This document shows, piece by piece, positions 49,700-59,668 of a stretch of DNA of 64,000 nucleotides. Source of the DNA: Rhodothermales bacterium (lineage in GTDB: Bacteria > Bacteroidota > Rhodothermia > Rhodothermales > VXPQ01). Positions within the stretch are counted from its first letter, which is position 1. Every line of letters begins with the position of its first letter. The translations under genes and the position numbers were made by a program. The notes under the pieces were generated by a model. The model was not told where the DNA came from. It saw only the letters and a program-made list of their open reading frames with translations, and did not search any database. The DNA is taken from NCBI GenBank assembly GCA_951812345.1, contig OX638295.1:681987-745986 (forward strand). Direction: 5' to 3'.

Positions 49700-50893
49700 C
49701 TATGCTGTCAGGTATTGGGTGGCCAGATACGCCATAAAACCCGGCGCCATGCGCAATGCCTCCTCGTCGATTGTAAACCGGGGCGTATGGAGGCCATGCA
49801 CAATGTTTTTCTCTTCGTTCCGCGTGCCGAACCGGTAGAAAGCCCCGGGCGCCTTTCGCAGAAACCAGGCGAAATCCTCTGAGGCGTACCACATGTCCAG
49901 ATCGACTACGTTTTCCTCGCCCACATACCTGACCGCCGTATCCCGGACAAACTGCGCCGATTCGGGGTCGTTGTGCAGCACAGGGTAGCCTGTGGCGATG
50001 TCCACGTTGATTTGCGCACCGTGCGCTTCTGCGGTCTTTTCCGCAACGCGGCGAATATGTTCGTGCGCCTCGAAACGCCAATCTTCATCGAGCGAGCGGA
50101 AAGAGCCCTCGAGGACGGCCTGGGAGGGGATGACATTTGTGGCGCCGTCGGCTATGAACCGTCCGATCGTCAGTACGCTCGGTACGTCGGGAGGGCAATA
50201 TCGGCTCACGACAGATTGCAGGGCCACAAGGATGTGTGCGGCAACGAGTGTAGGGTCGGTATCCAGAAGGTGGGGCGTGGCGGCATGGCCGCCTTTTCCC
50301 TCGACCCTGATATGCACTTCGTCCGCCGAGGCCATATACCTTCCGGATCGAATCCCGATTTTGCCGGCGTCGAGGCCGGGGTGCACATGTTGTCCGAATA
50401 TCGCCCCGGGCGCCGGGCCGAACGCCTCGCCGAGTACGCCTTCCTCGATCATGGGAAGGGCGCCTCCCGGGAGTTTTTCTTCGCTTGGCTGGAACAGGAA
50501 ACGGATGCTGCCGGGAAGCTGCTCGCGTAGTCTGTGCAGGATGGTTGCCGTGCCGAGCAGCGAGGCCGTGTGCGCATCATGGCCGCAGGCGTGCATGACC
50601 CCGTCGTTTGCGGAGGCGAAGTCGAAGGCGTTCTCTTCCTGGATGGGCAGGGCGTCCATGTCCGCTCGTAGCGCAAGGGCCGGTCCGGGCCGCCCGCCGT
50701 GCAGCGTGGCGACGACGCCGGTGCGCGCCACGCCGGTTTGCACCTCGAGGCCGAGCGGTTCAAGGGTGTCCGTTACCAGTTTTGCGGTTTCCCGTTCCGA
50801 GTACGCCAATTCCGGGTTCCGGTGCAGCGTACGCCGGACATCCACAATCTTCTCGAAAAGTTCATCATTGAGTTTTTGTATACGTTCGCGCAT
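49700..50893 (-). CDS. M20D amidohydrolase
   Basis: LHRNPELAY.E, RADMDAL, MHACGHDAH, SEDF. Confidence 0.92.
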   Translation of the reverse strand: MRERIQKLNDELFEKIVDVRRTLHRNPELAYSERETAKLVTDTLEPLGLEVQTGVARTGVVATLHGGRPGPALALRADMDALPIQEENAFDFASANDGVMHACGHDAHTASLLGTATILHRLREQLPGSIRFLFQPSEEKLPGGALPMIEEGVLGEAFGPAPGAIFGQHVHPGLDAGKIGIRSGRYMASADEVHIRVEGKGGHAATPHLLDTDPTLVAAHILVALQSVVSRYCPPDVPSVLTIGRFIADGATNVIPSQAVLEGSFRSLDEDWRFEAHEHIRRVAEKTAEAHGAQINVDIATGYPVLHNDPESAQFVRDTAVRYVGEENVVDLDMWYASEDFAWFLRKAPGAFYRFGTRNEEKNIVHGLHTPRFTIDEEALRMAPGFMAYLATQYLTA

Positions 50894-50903
50894 GGCAGAC
50901 GAC

Positions 50904-51839
50904 TCAGACGAGTTTCTTTCGCTTGTTCAGGTAGGCGAGCAGGGCCGTATCGTACGATAGCTCTGTATTCAGTTCCACGAAATCGATGTCGTATTCGAGG
51001 CACTGGCGCCGAAACCGGTCTCCGAAGAACTGTGCAGCCTCCCGATAGTTTTCGCGTATGTGCGCCGGTTGCAGGGAAATTTCTTCCCCGGTCTCCATAT
51101 CGCGAAAGATCATGGGCACGTCGGGAAAGTCAAACGTGCGCTCGGTGGCGGATTCGAGCACATGGAAAACGAGCACTTCGTGTCCGCGGTAACGCAGGTG
51201 GCGTAGCGCTTTGAGCAGGTCTTCGTGGCGGCCGATGTTTTCAAAGAGATCGGTGATGACCACGACGAGGGAACGCCGCGCAATGCGTTCGGCGACCTCA
51301 CTGAGCACATCAGCCGCGCCTGTGCGTTTGTCCGGCGCCGGACTGTCGACGGTTTGTTGCAGTCTGACAAGGAGTCGCCGCAGCCAGGAAGTCGTGCTTC
51401 TTGGGGACATGATGGTGCGGATCTCCTCGTCAAACGTAATCAATCCGGTGGCGTCGCGCTGCTTGACCATGATATAGTGCAATGCAGCCGCGAGGTATGC
51501 GCCGTATTCCATCTTGGAAAGAGGCGCCTGCGCCCGATAGCGCATCGATGCGGAGATGTCGAGCGCCACATAGTGCCGCAGGTTCGTCTCCTCTTCGAAT
51601 CGCTTGACGTAGTGGCGGTCCGTCTTCCCATAGACCTTCCAGTCCACATATCGGGGCTCGTCGCCGGCAATGTAGGGCCGGTGTTCGGCGAACTCTACAG
51701 AAAACCCATGGTACGGGCTTTTGTGCATGCCCGTAATAAATCCCTCGACGATCATTCGCGCCCGGAGCTCCATGTTCTTCAGGCGGGATACGACAACGGG
51801 GTCGAGGTACTTCAGGGTGGTGTCCTGTACGGTGGGCAT
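50904..51839 (-). CDS. DUF58 protein (MoxR-associated)
   Basis: G.H.SPYHGFSVEFAEHRPY..GD...VDWK, FEEETN. Confidence 0.9.
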   Translation of the reverse strand: MPTVQDTTLKYLDPVVVSRLKNMELRARMIVEGFITGMHKSPYHGFSVEFAEHRPYIAGDEPRYVDWKVYGKTDRHYVKRFEEETNLRHYVALDISASMRYRAQAPLSKMEYGAYLAAALHYIMVKQRDATGLITFDEEIRTIMSPRSTTSWLRRLLVRLQQTVDSPAPDKRTGAADVLSEVAERIARRSLVVVITDLFENIGRHEDLLKALRHLRYRGHEVLVFHVLESATERTFDFPDVPMIFRDMETGEEISLQPAHIRENYREAAQFFGDRFRRQCLEYDIDFVELNTELSYDTALLAYLNKRKKLV

Positions 51840-51941
51840 CGCGGGTAAGAAACGGAATGAATCGGCGGTTTTGCCAGCCGTTGTACCGAAGGTACGTCAG
51901 ACGGATTGGAAACAGGCAGCGTTTCTCGTAATTTATACGGT

Positions 51942-52511
51942 ATGGGGGTAAGAGATCGCATCAAGGCACAATTGATGGATGTACACGATCTGGACCGGAC
52001 ACTGAACCGGATGGCGCGCCAGATTGTGGAGATGATGCATCCTGAAGAGGATGCCTCCCGCCATTTTGGGTTGATAGGCATGCAGACGCGCGGCGTGTAT
52101 CTGGCCCGGCGGCTCCGCGACAAGATTCTGGACTTCGAATCCCTGACGGTCCCGATCGGCGTACTCGACGCCACCATGTATCGGGACGATTTCCGAATTC
52201 GTCTCAAGCAGCCCGTCGTGCGCGCCACGGACATCCCGTTCGACATCACGGAGCGCCGCATCGTATTGGTGGACGATGTGTTGTATACCGGGCGAACGGC
52301 CCGGGCGGCGTTCGATGCGCTTATGGATATCGGTCGTCCGGCCGCCGTACAGTTTCTTGTGATCGTCGATCGCGGCCTTCGGGAGCTTCCCGTATGCGCG
52401 GACATTGTGGGCCGGCAGGTGCCCACCTTGCCCGGGGAAGAGGTGCGCGTACGGCTGAACGAGATAGACGAGGAGGAAGGGGTATGGCTGGTGGAAACTT
52501 CGAATGAATAA
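51942..52511 (+). CDS. pyrR: PyrR / uracil phosphoribosyltransferase
   Basis: LDATMYRDD, LVDDVLYTGRT.RAA, DRGLRELP..AD.VG. Confidence 0.95.
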   Translation: MGVRDRIKAQLMDVHDLDRTLNRMARQIVEMMHPEEDASRHFGLIGMQTRGVYLARRLRDKILDFESLTVPIGVLDATMYRDDFRIRLKQPVVRATDIPFDITERRIVLVDDVLYTGRTARAAFDALMDIGRPAAVQFLVIVDRGLRELPVCADIVGRQVPTLPGEEVRVRLNEIDEEEGVWLVETSNE

Positions 52512-52514
52512 CTG

Positions 52515-53489
52515 ATGCACGCACGCGAAGAAGCACGGGAGGATCAATCTGCCCCGGAGTCGTTGAGACACCGGCATCTGCTTGGCCTTTCGACGTACGA
52601 CGCAGACGAAATACAACTTATTCTTCGTACGGCGCGGGAGTTTCGCTCGGTGCTGGATCGGCCTATTCGGCGCGTGCCTACGCTGCGCGACGTGGCTGTC
52701 GTGAATCTTTTTTTCGAGCCGTCCACGCGGACGCGCATTTCCTTCGAACTGGCCGAAAAACGATTGTCGGCGGAGACGGTCAACTTCTCCGTTTCCGGGT
52801 CGTCGGTATCCAAGGGAGAAACCCTCAAGGACACTGCCCGCAATATCGAGGCGATGAAGGTGGATATGGTCGTGATCCGGCACCGCTCGCCGGGGGCGGC
52901 TGTTTTTCTTACGCGCTGCGTGGACGCCGTGGTCATCAATGCCGGGGACGGCGCCCATGAACATCCTACCCAGGCTCTGCTTGACCTGCTTACACTGACG
53001 GAGATACACCCCTCTCTTGAGGGACGAAACATTTCTATTGTCGGGGATATTGCGCACAGCCGCGTGGCCCGTTCCAATATATACGGGCTGCAGGCGCTGG
53101 GCGCCCATGTAACGCTGTGCGCGCCCAGCACGATGACGCCGGTGGGTATCGAGGAAATGGGCGTGCGGGTGACGGACCGTCTGGATGAAGCGCTGGAGGG
53201 TTGCGACGTGGCGATGGCGCTGCGCGTACAACTTGAACGGCAGGGAGCCATGCTTTTCCCCGGGGTGCGGGAATACCATGAGCGGTTCGGCATTACCCTG
53301 GAGCATATGGAACGTCATCCCGATCTTCGAATCATGCACCCGGGGCCTGTGAACCGGGGCGTTGAGCTGGCGGGCGATGTGGTAGATCACGAACGGGCCG
53401 TTATTCTGGATCAGGTGACCAACGGTGTTGCCGTACGTATGGCTGTGTTGTATCTCCTGGCCGACCGGGGAGCAGAGCCCGCATCCTGA
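52515..53489 (+). CDS. pyrB: Aspartate carbamoyltransferase catalytic subunit
   Basis: [32 protein letters not shown]. Confidence 0.97.
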   Translation: MHAREEAREDQSAPESLRHRHLLGLSTYDADEIQLILRTAREFRSVLDRPIRRVPTLRDVAVVNLFFEPSTRTRISFELAEKRLSAETVNFSVSGSSVSKGETLKDTARNIEAMKVDMVVIRHRSPGAAVFLTRCVDAVVINAGDGAHEHPTQALLDLLTLTEIHPSLEGRNISIVGDIAHSRVARSNIYGLQALGAHVTLCAPSTMTPVGIEEMGVRVTDRLDEALEGCDVAMALRVQLERQGAMLFPGVREYHERFGITLEHMERHPDLRIMHPGPVNRGVELAGDVVDHERAVILDQVTNGVAVRMAVLYLLADRGAEPAS

Positions 53490-53573
53490 GGCGCCGTTCC
53501 GTGATGGGGTTGCCCATGTTGCCGGGTGCTTGGACTACCCGCGCTGCTTCAAGAGGAACCTCCCGTCAGGGGC

Positions 53574-53604
53574 TTGACAACCGTACCCCCAACGACGTAT
53601 TCTA
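53574..53604 (+). promoter_or_regulatory. Sigma70-like promoter candidate
   Basis: TTGACA then TATTCT ~18 nt later, upstream of the RND gene. Confidence 0.3.
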
Positions 53605-53690
53605 CTCACGAGAACCGATGCACCGCGCAGCATAACGCAACGCGACACTACGCGTACCGGTGCGGTCCGGTTTTTACGGACCATTGTTAG

Positions 53691-53724
53691 CCTCTGATCT
53701 TTGCGGACTTAACCAGAGTATCCT
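53691..53724. repeat. MITE-like family 1 end
   Basis: CCTCTGATCTTTGCGGACTTAACCAGAGTATCCT. Confidence 0.7.
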
Positions 53725-53751
53725 TATGGACATTCAGGTCAGGTGCAGTTG

Positions 53752-56700
53752 ATGAATCGATCCGATGCCTACCAGGGTGAGCCGGGCGGTCCCATTGCCT
53801 TTATGGCGAGCAACCGCGTTGCCGCCAATCTGTTGATGTTCGCCATATTGGCGGCCGGTATCGTGGCGCTGGGGGGGCTGGAGCGGGAAGCTTGGCCGAC
53901 GGTTCCTTTCAATACGATCGAAGTATCCGTGATCTACCCCGGCGCCCAGCCTGAAGAGGTGGAGGAGTCGATCATTGTCAAGATCGAGGAGCAGGTCGAG
54001 GCGCTGGAAGATGTCAAGGCGGTCAAGTCCTTGGCCGCCCCTGGGGTGGCATCGGTGAGGGTTGAGTTGAAAACCGGCGCGGACATGGGCGAGATCATGG
54101 ACGAGGTCAAATCCGCGGTCGGGCGTATCCAGTCGTTTCCCGGTGTCGCCGAGCGTCCGCAGTTCAGGGAGATGGACAACCGCACCAGCATGATCCGTCT
54201 GATCGTCTTTGGCGACATCCCCGAACGCTCGCTGAAGGAGTTGGCCTATCAGATTGAAGACGAGTTGGGGTCTCTGCCCAACGTGTCCAACGTCGCAACC
54301 ACGGGGATGAGAGACTATGAAATCTCGATCGAAGTGCCGCTCGTTCATCTGCGCGCTCTCGGGCTGACGCTCGACGATATTGCGGGTGCGGTCCGTCGCA
54401 GTTCCCTCGATCTTTCGGCCGGCAGCATCGATACGCGGGACGCCCAGGTGCGTGTCCAAACCCTGGGCCAGAGCTACGACCAGATCGACTTCGAAGAGAT
54501 CGTCGTCCTTGCCCGGAACGATGGCACGGTTGTGCGTCTCGGAGATATCGCCAATGTGCGCGATACGTTCCGGGATACGGACCTGATTCTCCGGCACCAG
54601 GGTCAGCCGGCGCTTTTCGTGGAGGTGTTCCGGGCCGAGGGCGAGCAGGTGATGGATGTTGCCGAAGCCGTACACGAGCACACGGAGAACGTGATTATTC
54701 CATCTCTGCCCGATGGCGTCGGGGTCGTCTTCTGGAACGACGATTCCCAGACGTACATCGAGCGGCTCGATATTCTGGTCCGAAACGGTCTTCTGGGACT
54801 TATTCTGGTGTTTATCGCGCTGGCTCTGTTTCTCGAGATACGGCTTGCATTGTGGGTTGTCATCGGCCTGATTACCTCAGGCGTTGGGGCCCTGGCTGTC
54901 ATGCTGGGGTTCGGTCTGGCGGTCAATACCATTTCCCTGTTCGCGTTTCTCCTGGCGATCGGCATCATCGTCGACGATGCCATTGTTGTAGCCGAGCATA
55001 TCCACTACGAACGAAAGCGGGGCACGCCGGGACTTGTTGCGGCGATCCGGGGCACGCGACGAATCAAAAAAGCATTGACCTTCGCGGTGCTCACTTCGGT
55101 GGCGGCGTTCACGCCCCTGCTTTTTATTCCCGGCGGCATCGGAGAGGTATGGGGCGCATTACCGATAATTATTATCGGCATGCTTTTGATCTCGCTGGCC
55201 GAATCGCTCTTTATCCTGCCCAACCACCTGTCCCACTTGGATGGACCGGGGTGGGTAGCGACCAACATGGCGGATCGGTTCTTCGCGCGCATTCGGGACT
55301 CCGTGGATGGGGGGTTGAACCGATTCCTGGCGGGCCCCATGGATCGAGCGCTGCGCTTCGCAACGAATCAACCCGTTGTCGTATTGGCGGGGTCCGTTGG
55401 CCTGCTCATTGTTATTGTGTCTCTGGTGCCGGCGGGTATTGTCCCCACAACCTTCGCCGATGTCGTAGAAGGCGACTTCGTCACCGCGACCCTTGAAATG
55501 CCGGACGGGACTCTTGCGGAGCGGACCTACGAGGTGGCTATGGAACTGGAGCGGGCGGGACGACGGGTGCTGGAACGCCTGGATCAGGATAGACCGGCCG
55601 ATGCTCCCTCGCTGCTGTCCGGCGTGATCGTAACGGTCGGTCAAAGACCCCGCGTGGAGGGGGGAGGGCTTAATCCGACCCTTACCATGAACCCGGAAGC
55701 CAACATCGCCACCGTAGAATTCAAGCTGCTGGGCGCCCAGGAGCGGAATATGTCCACCATAGCCGTCATGCAGGCCTGGCGGGACGAGGTCGGCGTCCTC
55801 CCGTATGTTCGGGGAATCTCCTTCAGCGGCGAGATTATCGATCTCGGCAGCCCGGTGGAGGCCGTGTTGTCGCATCCGGATCCGGCGCGTCTGGCGGAAA
55901 TCACAGACTCGGTAGTTGACGAGCTTCGCAGTGTGACAGGCGTTTTCGATGTCCGGTCCGATCATGCGCCGGGCGTCGGGCAGATTCAACTGGAGTTGCG
56001 GCCGGAAGCGCGAACGCTTGGCCTCACGGCCGAGGATATGGCGCGGCAGGTGCGGGCGGCATTTTTTGGCGTGGAAGCGCTGAGGCTGCAACGCGAACGG
56101 GAAGAGGTTCGGGTCTACGCGCGGCTGCCCGACGACGAGCGCGATGCGCTCACGGATGTGGAGAACTATCTGATCCATACCCGGTCGGGAGGGGAAGTGC
56201 CGATCAGCCAGGCGGCGTCGCTGAGCATGGGCACGTCGCCGCCGTCGATCCGGCGCCAGGACGGTCAGCGCGTCGTGACGGTGACGGCGGATGTGGACGA
56301 GAGCGTGATCTCGAGCGGAGAAGCGAATGGCATTCTCGATGATACGATCCTTGCGCAACTGATCGCCGCCAACCCCGAGATGACCTACTCCTTCGGCGGC
56401 GAACAGCAGCAGCAACTGGAGTCGCTGGATGCGCTGTATCGTGGCTTCGTGCTCGCCATGCTCGCGATTTTCGCGCTATTGGCCATTCCGCTGGGGTCCT
56501 ACGGTAAACCGTTCATCGTGATGGCCATCATTCCGTTCGGCCTCATCGGCGTCGTCCTCGGTCACCTTGTGCTGGGTGTTGCCATCAGCGCCGCATCGTT
56601 CATGGGTTTCTTCGGGCTTGCCGGGGTTGTCGTCAACGATTCGCTGGTCATGATCGACTTCATTGACCAGCGGCTCAGGGAGGGCGCCAGCCCGAAGGAG

Positions 56701-56931
56701 GCGATCATCGATGGCGCAAAGGGACGCTTCCGGCCCATCATGCTGACCTCGGTAACCACGTTTCTCGGCTTCACGCCGCTTATTCTCGAACGGGCCATTC
56801 AGGCGCAGTTCCTGGTTCCCTTCGCGGCCTCGCTCGGCGTCGGCGTCATGATTACCACTGCGATACTGATCGTGCTCGTGCCGGCACTGATGGCTATCTA
56901 TCTGCGCGCCAACTCGCAATATTCCCGTTAA
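53752..56931 (+). CDS. RND-family permease (AcrB/AcrD/AcrF-type)
   Basis: ~1060 aa, two TM blocks, IGIIVDDAIVVAE, GVVVNDSLV, RFRPIMLTS. Confidence 0.93.
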   Translation: MNRSDAYQGEPGGPIAFMASNRVAANLLMFAILAAGIVALGGLEREAWPTVPFNTIEVSVIYPGAQPEEVEESIIVKIEEQVEALEDVKAVKSLAAPGVASVRVELKTGADMGEIMDEVKSAVGRIQSFPGVAERPQFREMDNRTSMIRLIVFGDIPERSLKELAYQIEDELGSLPNVSNVATTGMRDYEISIEVPLVHLRALGLTLDDIAGAVRRSSLDLSAGSIDTRDAQVRVQTLGQSYDQIDFEEIVVLARNDGTVVRLGDIANVRDTFRDTDLILRHQGQPALFVEVFRAEGEQVMDVAEAVHEHTENVIIPSLPDGVGVVFWNDDSQTYIERLDILVRNGLLGLILVFIALALFLEIRLALWVVIGLITSGVGALAVMLGFGLAVNTISLFAFLLAIGIIVDDAIVVAEHIHYERKRGTPGLVAAIRGTRRIKKALTFAVLTSVAAFTPLLFIPGGIGEVWGALPIIIIGMLLISLAESLFILPNHLSHLDGPGWVATNMADRFFARIRDSVDGGLNRFLAGPMDRALRFATNQPVVVLAGSVGLLIVIVSLVPAGIVPTTFADVVEGDFVTATLEMPDGTLAERTYEVAMELERAGRRVLERLDQDRPADAPSLLSGVIVTVGQRPRVEGGGLNPTLTMNPEANIATVEFKLLGAQERNMSTIAVMQAWRDEVGVLPYVRGISFSGEIIDLGSPVEAVLSHPDPARLAEITDSVVDELRSVTGVFDVRSDHAPGVGQIQLELRPEARTLGLTAEDMARQVRAAFFGVEALRLQREREEVRVYARLPDDERDALTDVENYLIHTRSGGEVPISQAASLSMGTSPPSIRRQDGQRVVTVTADVDESVISSGEANGILDDTILAQLIAANPEMTYSFGGEQQQQLESLDALYRGFVLAMLAIFALLAIPLGSYGKPFIVMAIIPFGLIGVVLGHLVLGVAISAASFMGFFGLAGVVVNDSLVMIDFIDQRLREGASPKEAIIDGAKGRFRPIMLTSVTTFLGFTPLILERAIQAQFLVPFAASLGVGVMITTAILIVLVPALMAIYLRANSQYSR

Positions 56932-56932
56932 A

Positions 56933-57982
56933 ATGTCAGCAAGACGCGCCGAACTGGAAAATATCCCGTCGCCTCCCTCTTTCCCGGAGGGTTGGTACTT
57001 CGTTGCCAGCCGTCAATCCGTACTGAAGGAGAAACTGATTGAAAAGACCTGGATGGGCGAACAAATCGTTGTCTGGTGCGACGATGCAGGCCGCATCTGC
57101 GTGGCGCTGGCGGTGTGTCCGCACCTCGGGTCCGATCTGGGACCCGAAGCCGGTGGCCAGGTGCGGGACGGTTGTCTCGTTTGTCCGTTTCACGGCTTTC
57201 AGTTCGATGTAAGCGGCCAGTGCGTCGCCACTCCTTTTGCCCCGCCGCCCAGGGCCGCGCGGCTGAAGGTATTCGAGACGCGGGAAATCCTTGGCATGGT
57301 CTTCGCGTGGTGGGGAATAGACGGCCGCCCGCCGCAATGGAGCCTTCCCGAGGAGCCTGTGGCCGGGGCCGACTGGAGCGAAGTGGGGTTTCGGACCCTT
57401 CGATTTCCAGGACACCCCCAGGAAACCACCGAGAACTCTGTGGACTTTTTACATCTGCAGTACGTGCATGGCTATGGCAATACGCGCATGCTTGAACCGG
57501 TAGCTATCGACGGTGCTTGTCTGACGAGCAGGTTCGAATTCAGACGCACCCAGAATATTATCGGGATAAAGGATATTGCACTGGATGTCTCCGCTGTCGC
57601 GCGCATCTTCGGCCTGGGATATTCATACGTGGAAATTCACGAGCGCTCCATTGAAATGTATGGGCGTTTGTGGGTGCTCGCAACGCCCGTCGACGGCAGG
57701 CACATCGAAATGGTATTGGCCAGTCAGATACGGGAGATCCGTAAACCGAAACGTCCGATCGTCGGTCTGGGATTTCTTCCGCCGGGTCTTCGCACCAGGG
57801 TCATGAACAGCATCATTCTATCTTATCAAAAGCATGATGTTTTGCAGGATGTGATTATCTGGGGACGAAAACGGTACGTGCCCTATCCGAGACTGTGTCG
57901 GGCCGACGGCGACATCGGCAAGTATCGACGCTATTGCAAACAGTTCTATACGGATCCTCGGGGTTCCGGTAAAGACGGGTAA
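56933..57982 (+). CDS. Rieske non-heme iron oxygenase (KshA/Nvd-like architecture)
   Basis: CPHLG...CPFHG cluster ligands; ENSVDFLHLQYVH and DVIIW iron ligands. Confidence 0.88.
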   Translation: MSARRAELENIPSPPSFPEGWYFVASRQSVLKEKLIEKTWMGEQIVVWCDDAGRICVALAVCPHLGSDLGPEAGGQVRDGCLVCPFHGFQFDVSGQCVATPFAPPPRAARLKVFETREILGMVFAWWGIDGRPPQWSLPEEPVAGADWSEVGFRTLRFPGHPQETTENSVDFLHLQYVHGYGNTRMLEPVAIDGACLTSRFEFRRTQNIIGIKDIALDVSAVARIFGLGYSYVEIHERSIEMYGRLWVLATPVDGRHIEMVLASQIREIRKPKRPIVGLGFLPPGLRTRVMNSIILSYQKHDVLQDVIIWGRKRYVPYPRLCRADGDIGKYRRYCKQFYTDPRGSGKDG

Positions 57983-58009
57983 TTGACCATAGTACTGGGC
58001 ACGTGGATC

Positions 58010-58050
58010 CCTCTCGCCTCTGAGCTTTGCGGACTTAATCAGAGTGTTCT
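58010..58050. repeat. MITE-like family 1 end
   Basis: CCTCTGAGCTTTGCGGACTTAATCAGAGTGTTCT. Confidence 0.7.
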
Positions 58051-58080
58051 TATGAGTAATAACGTGTGGGGCGGTATCAA

Positions 58081-59484
58081 ATGAGTGGACGACCCGAAGG
58101 GGGCCGGTCAGCGGAACGAGGCGCGCCACCGAGAAAAGTTGCTATTATCGGTGCCGGAGTGTCGGGATTGGGGACGGCCTGGGCGTTGCACAAGCACCCT
58201 GATCGATTCGATTTTCGGGTGTTCGAAGCGCAGGCTCAGATCGGCGGCAATGCCATTACGGCCGATATGCCGCAAGACGATGGCACGTCGATTCCGTTTG
58301 ACATTTCTGTTACCGCGTGTATTCCGTCCGTATACCATCATATTGTTCTGTTCATGCAGCAACACGGTATCGAACTGATCGATACCCGATTCAGCTACAG
58401 CGTGAAGTATCGCGGCGGCATTTATGCGCACGATTTTGATTCCGACATCAGGAGGCAGTTACAACCTGAGATTGAGAAATTTCAGAAACTTCTGAGACGT
58501 GCACAGTGGTTTGGCCGGCTAAACCGTTCCAGGTCCAGATTACTCAATGCGCTCAACCCGTTCAATTACGTCAGTATGGGTGCGGTTCTCAACCTGGGCA
58601 GGTTTTCCGGAGATTTCAGGTACAAGATTCTGAAGCCCATGTTCGTCAACTTCCTGATGGCCACGAACGTGTTCGATATGCCCGCGTCGCTGTTTTGCCG
58701 GTATCTGGAGTTCTTTGATATTGAAAGCGCGACACCGATGCAAACATGGGACCAGGGCACGCGGCGCATCTATGAGAAGATGGCGGGCGCCTTTCAGGAC
58801 AAGATATACCTTAATCGCCCGGTGCGGAAGGTGTACCGTCGCCAATCCGATGTGCTTGTGGAGGACCAGGACGGAAAGACGGAAACGTTTGATGACGTGG
58901 TGTTTGCGTGCAATGCGAATCAAACGCTGATGATGTTGGATAAACCGACCTTTCTGGAGAGCTATCTGCTATCTTCGATACGTTATGAAAGTGAATTGCA
59001 CAACCATACGGTCGTTCATTCGGATGCCTCGATTCTACCGGACAACGACGTCAAGCCACTCGCCACCCGGAGCAACCACATCGAGCAGTACGGCGTACGG
59101 CCCGACAACTACGAAATCACCTATATCATGCACAATCAGCAGCCCTGGGCGGGTCGCTCAGACAAGCCGTGCCTGGTGACCTACAATCCTATCAGCCGTA
59201 TCGACGGAGGTAAGGTGGTCAAGAAGTGGTGGTTTCAGCATATAGTACACGATGTGCGTCATGTGGCCTTTCTGGTCCATTTGTTTCGCTTTGTTCAGGG
59301 CAGGAGACGAACGTGGCACTGCGGCGCCCACACGCTGATCAACAGCCAGGAGACCTGTTTTGTGTCCGGTCTTGTTACGGCGAGACAGATCGGCGCGGAT
59401 TATCCGTTCCGGGATACTGCGGCAAGGAAATGGTTCAACTTTTATGGGCGCCTGATGTACGGTTGGCGTCTCAGGAAGGCGTAA
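58081..59484 (+). CDS. FAD-dependent oxidoreductase (COG2907-like)
   Basis: KVAIIGAGVSGL, FEA..QIGG, C-terminal WHCGAH...E.CFVSGL. Confidence 0.8.
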   Translation: MSGRPEGGRSAERGAPPRKVAIIGAGVSGLGTAWALHKHPDRFDFRVFEAQAQIGGNAITADMPQDDGTSIPFDISVTACIPSVYHHIVLFMQQHGIELIDTRFSYSVKYRGGIYAHDFDSDIRRQLQPEIEKFQKLLRRAQWFGRLNRSRSRLLNALNPFNYVSMGAVLNLGRFSGDFRYKILKPMFVNFLMATNVFDMPASLFCRYLEFFDIESATPMQTWDQGTRRIYEKMAGAFQDKIYLNRPVRKVYRRQSDVLVEDQDGKTETFDDVVFACNANQTLMMLDKPTFLESYLLSSIRYESELHNHTVVHSDASILPDNDVKPLATRSNHIEQYGVRPDNYEITYIMHNQQPWAGRSDKPCLVTYNPISRIDGGKVVKKWWFQHIVHDVRHVAFLVHLFRFVQGRRRTWHCGAHTLINSQETCFVSGLVTARQIGADYPFRDTAARKWFNFYGRLMYGWRLRKA

Positions 59485-59558
59485 AGGGTGGCTGTTTCTC
59501 AGAGTAATCGGATGAAGAGGGAGGTGAAACCGATGCAATGACGGATCGGTTATATTTT

Positions 59559-59597
59559 AGGATACTCTGATCGAAGCGGTCTTGATCAGAGTATCCT
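59559..59597. repeat. Minimal 39-bp family 1 element (end to end)
   Basis: AGGATACTCTGATCGAAGCGGTCTTGATCAGAGTATCCT. Confidence 0.85.
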
Positions 59598-59668
59598 TTG
59601 CATCCGGTTCCAGATCGTCGTGCAGTTCTGGTCCTCCCCCATCGACACGGCACTTGACAAGGTTTAGC

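Noticed and set aside
59582-59668. ORF-track N-terminal extensions of the P450 fusion (also menG 30280 and the CTD ORF 19017)
   Set aside because: These starts fall inside repeats and add non-homologous sequence; downstream starts are more plausible.
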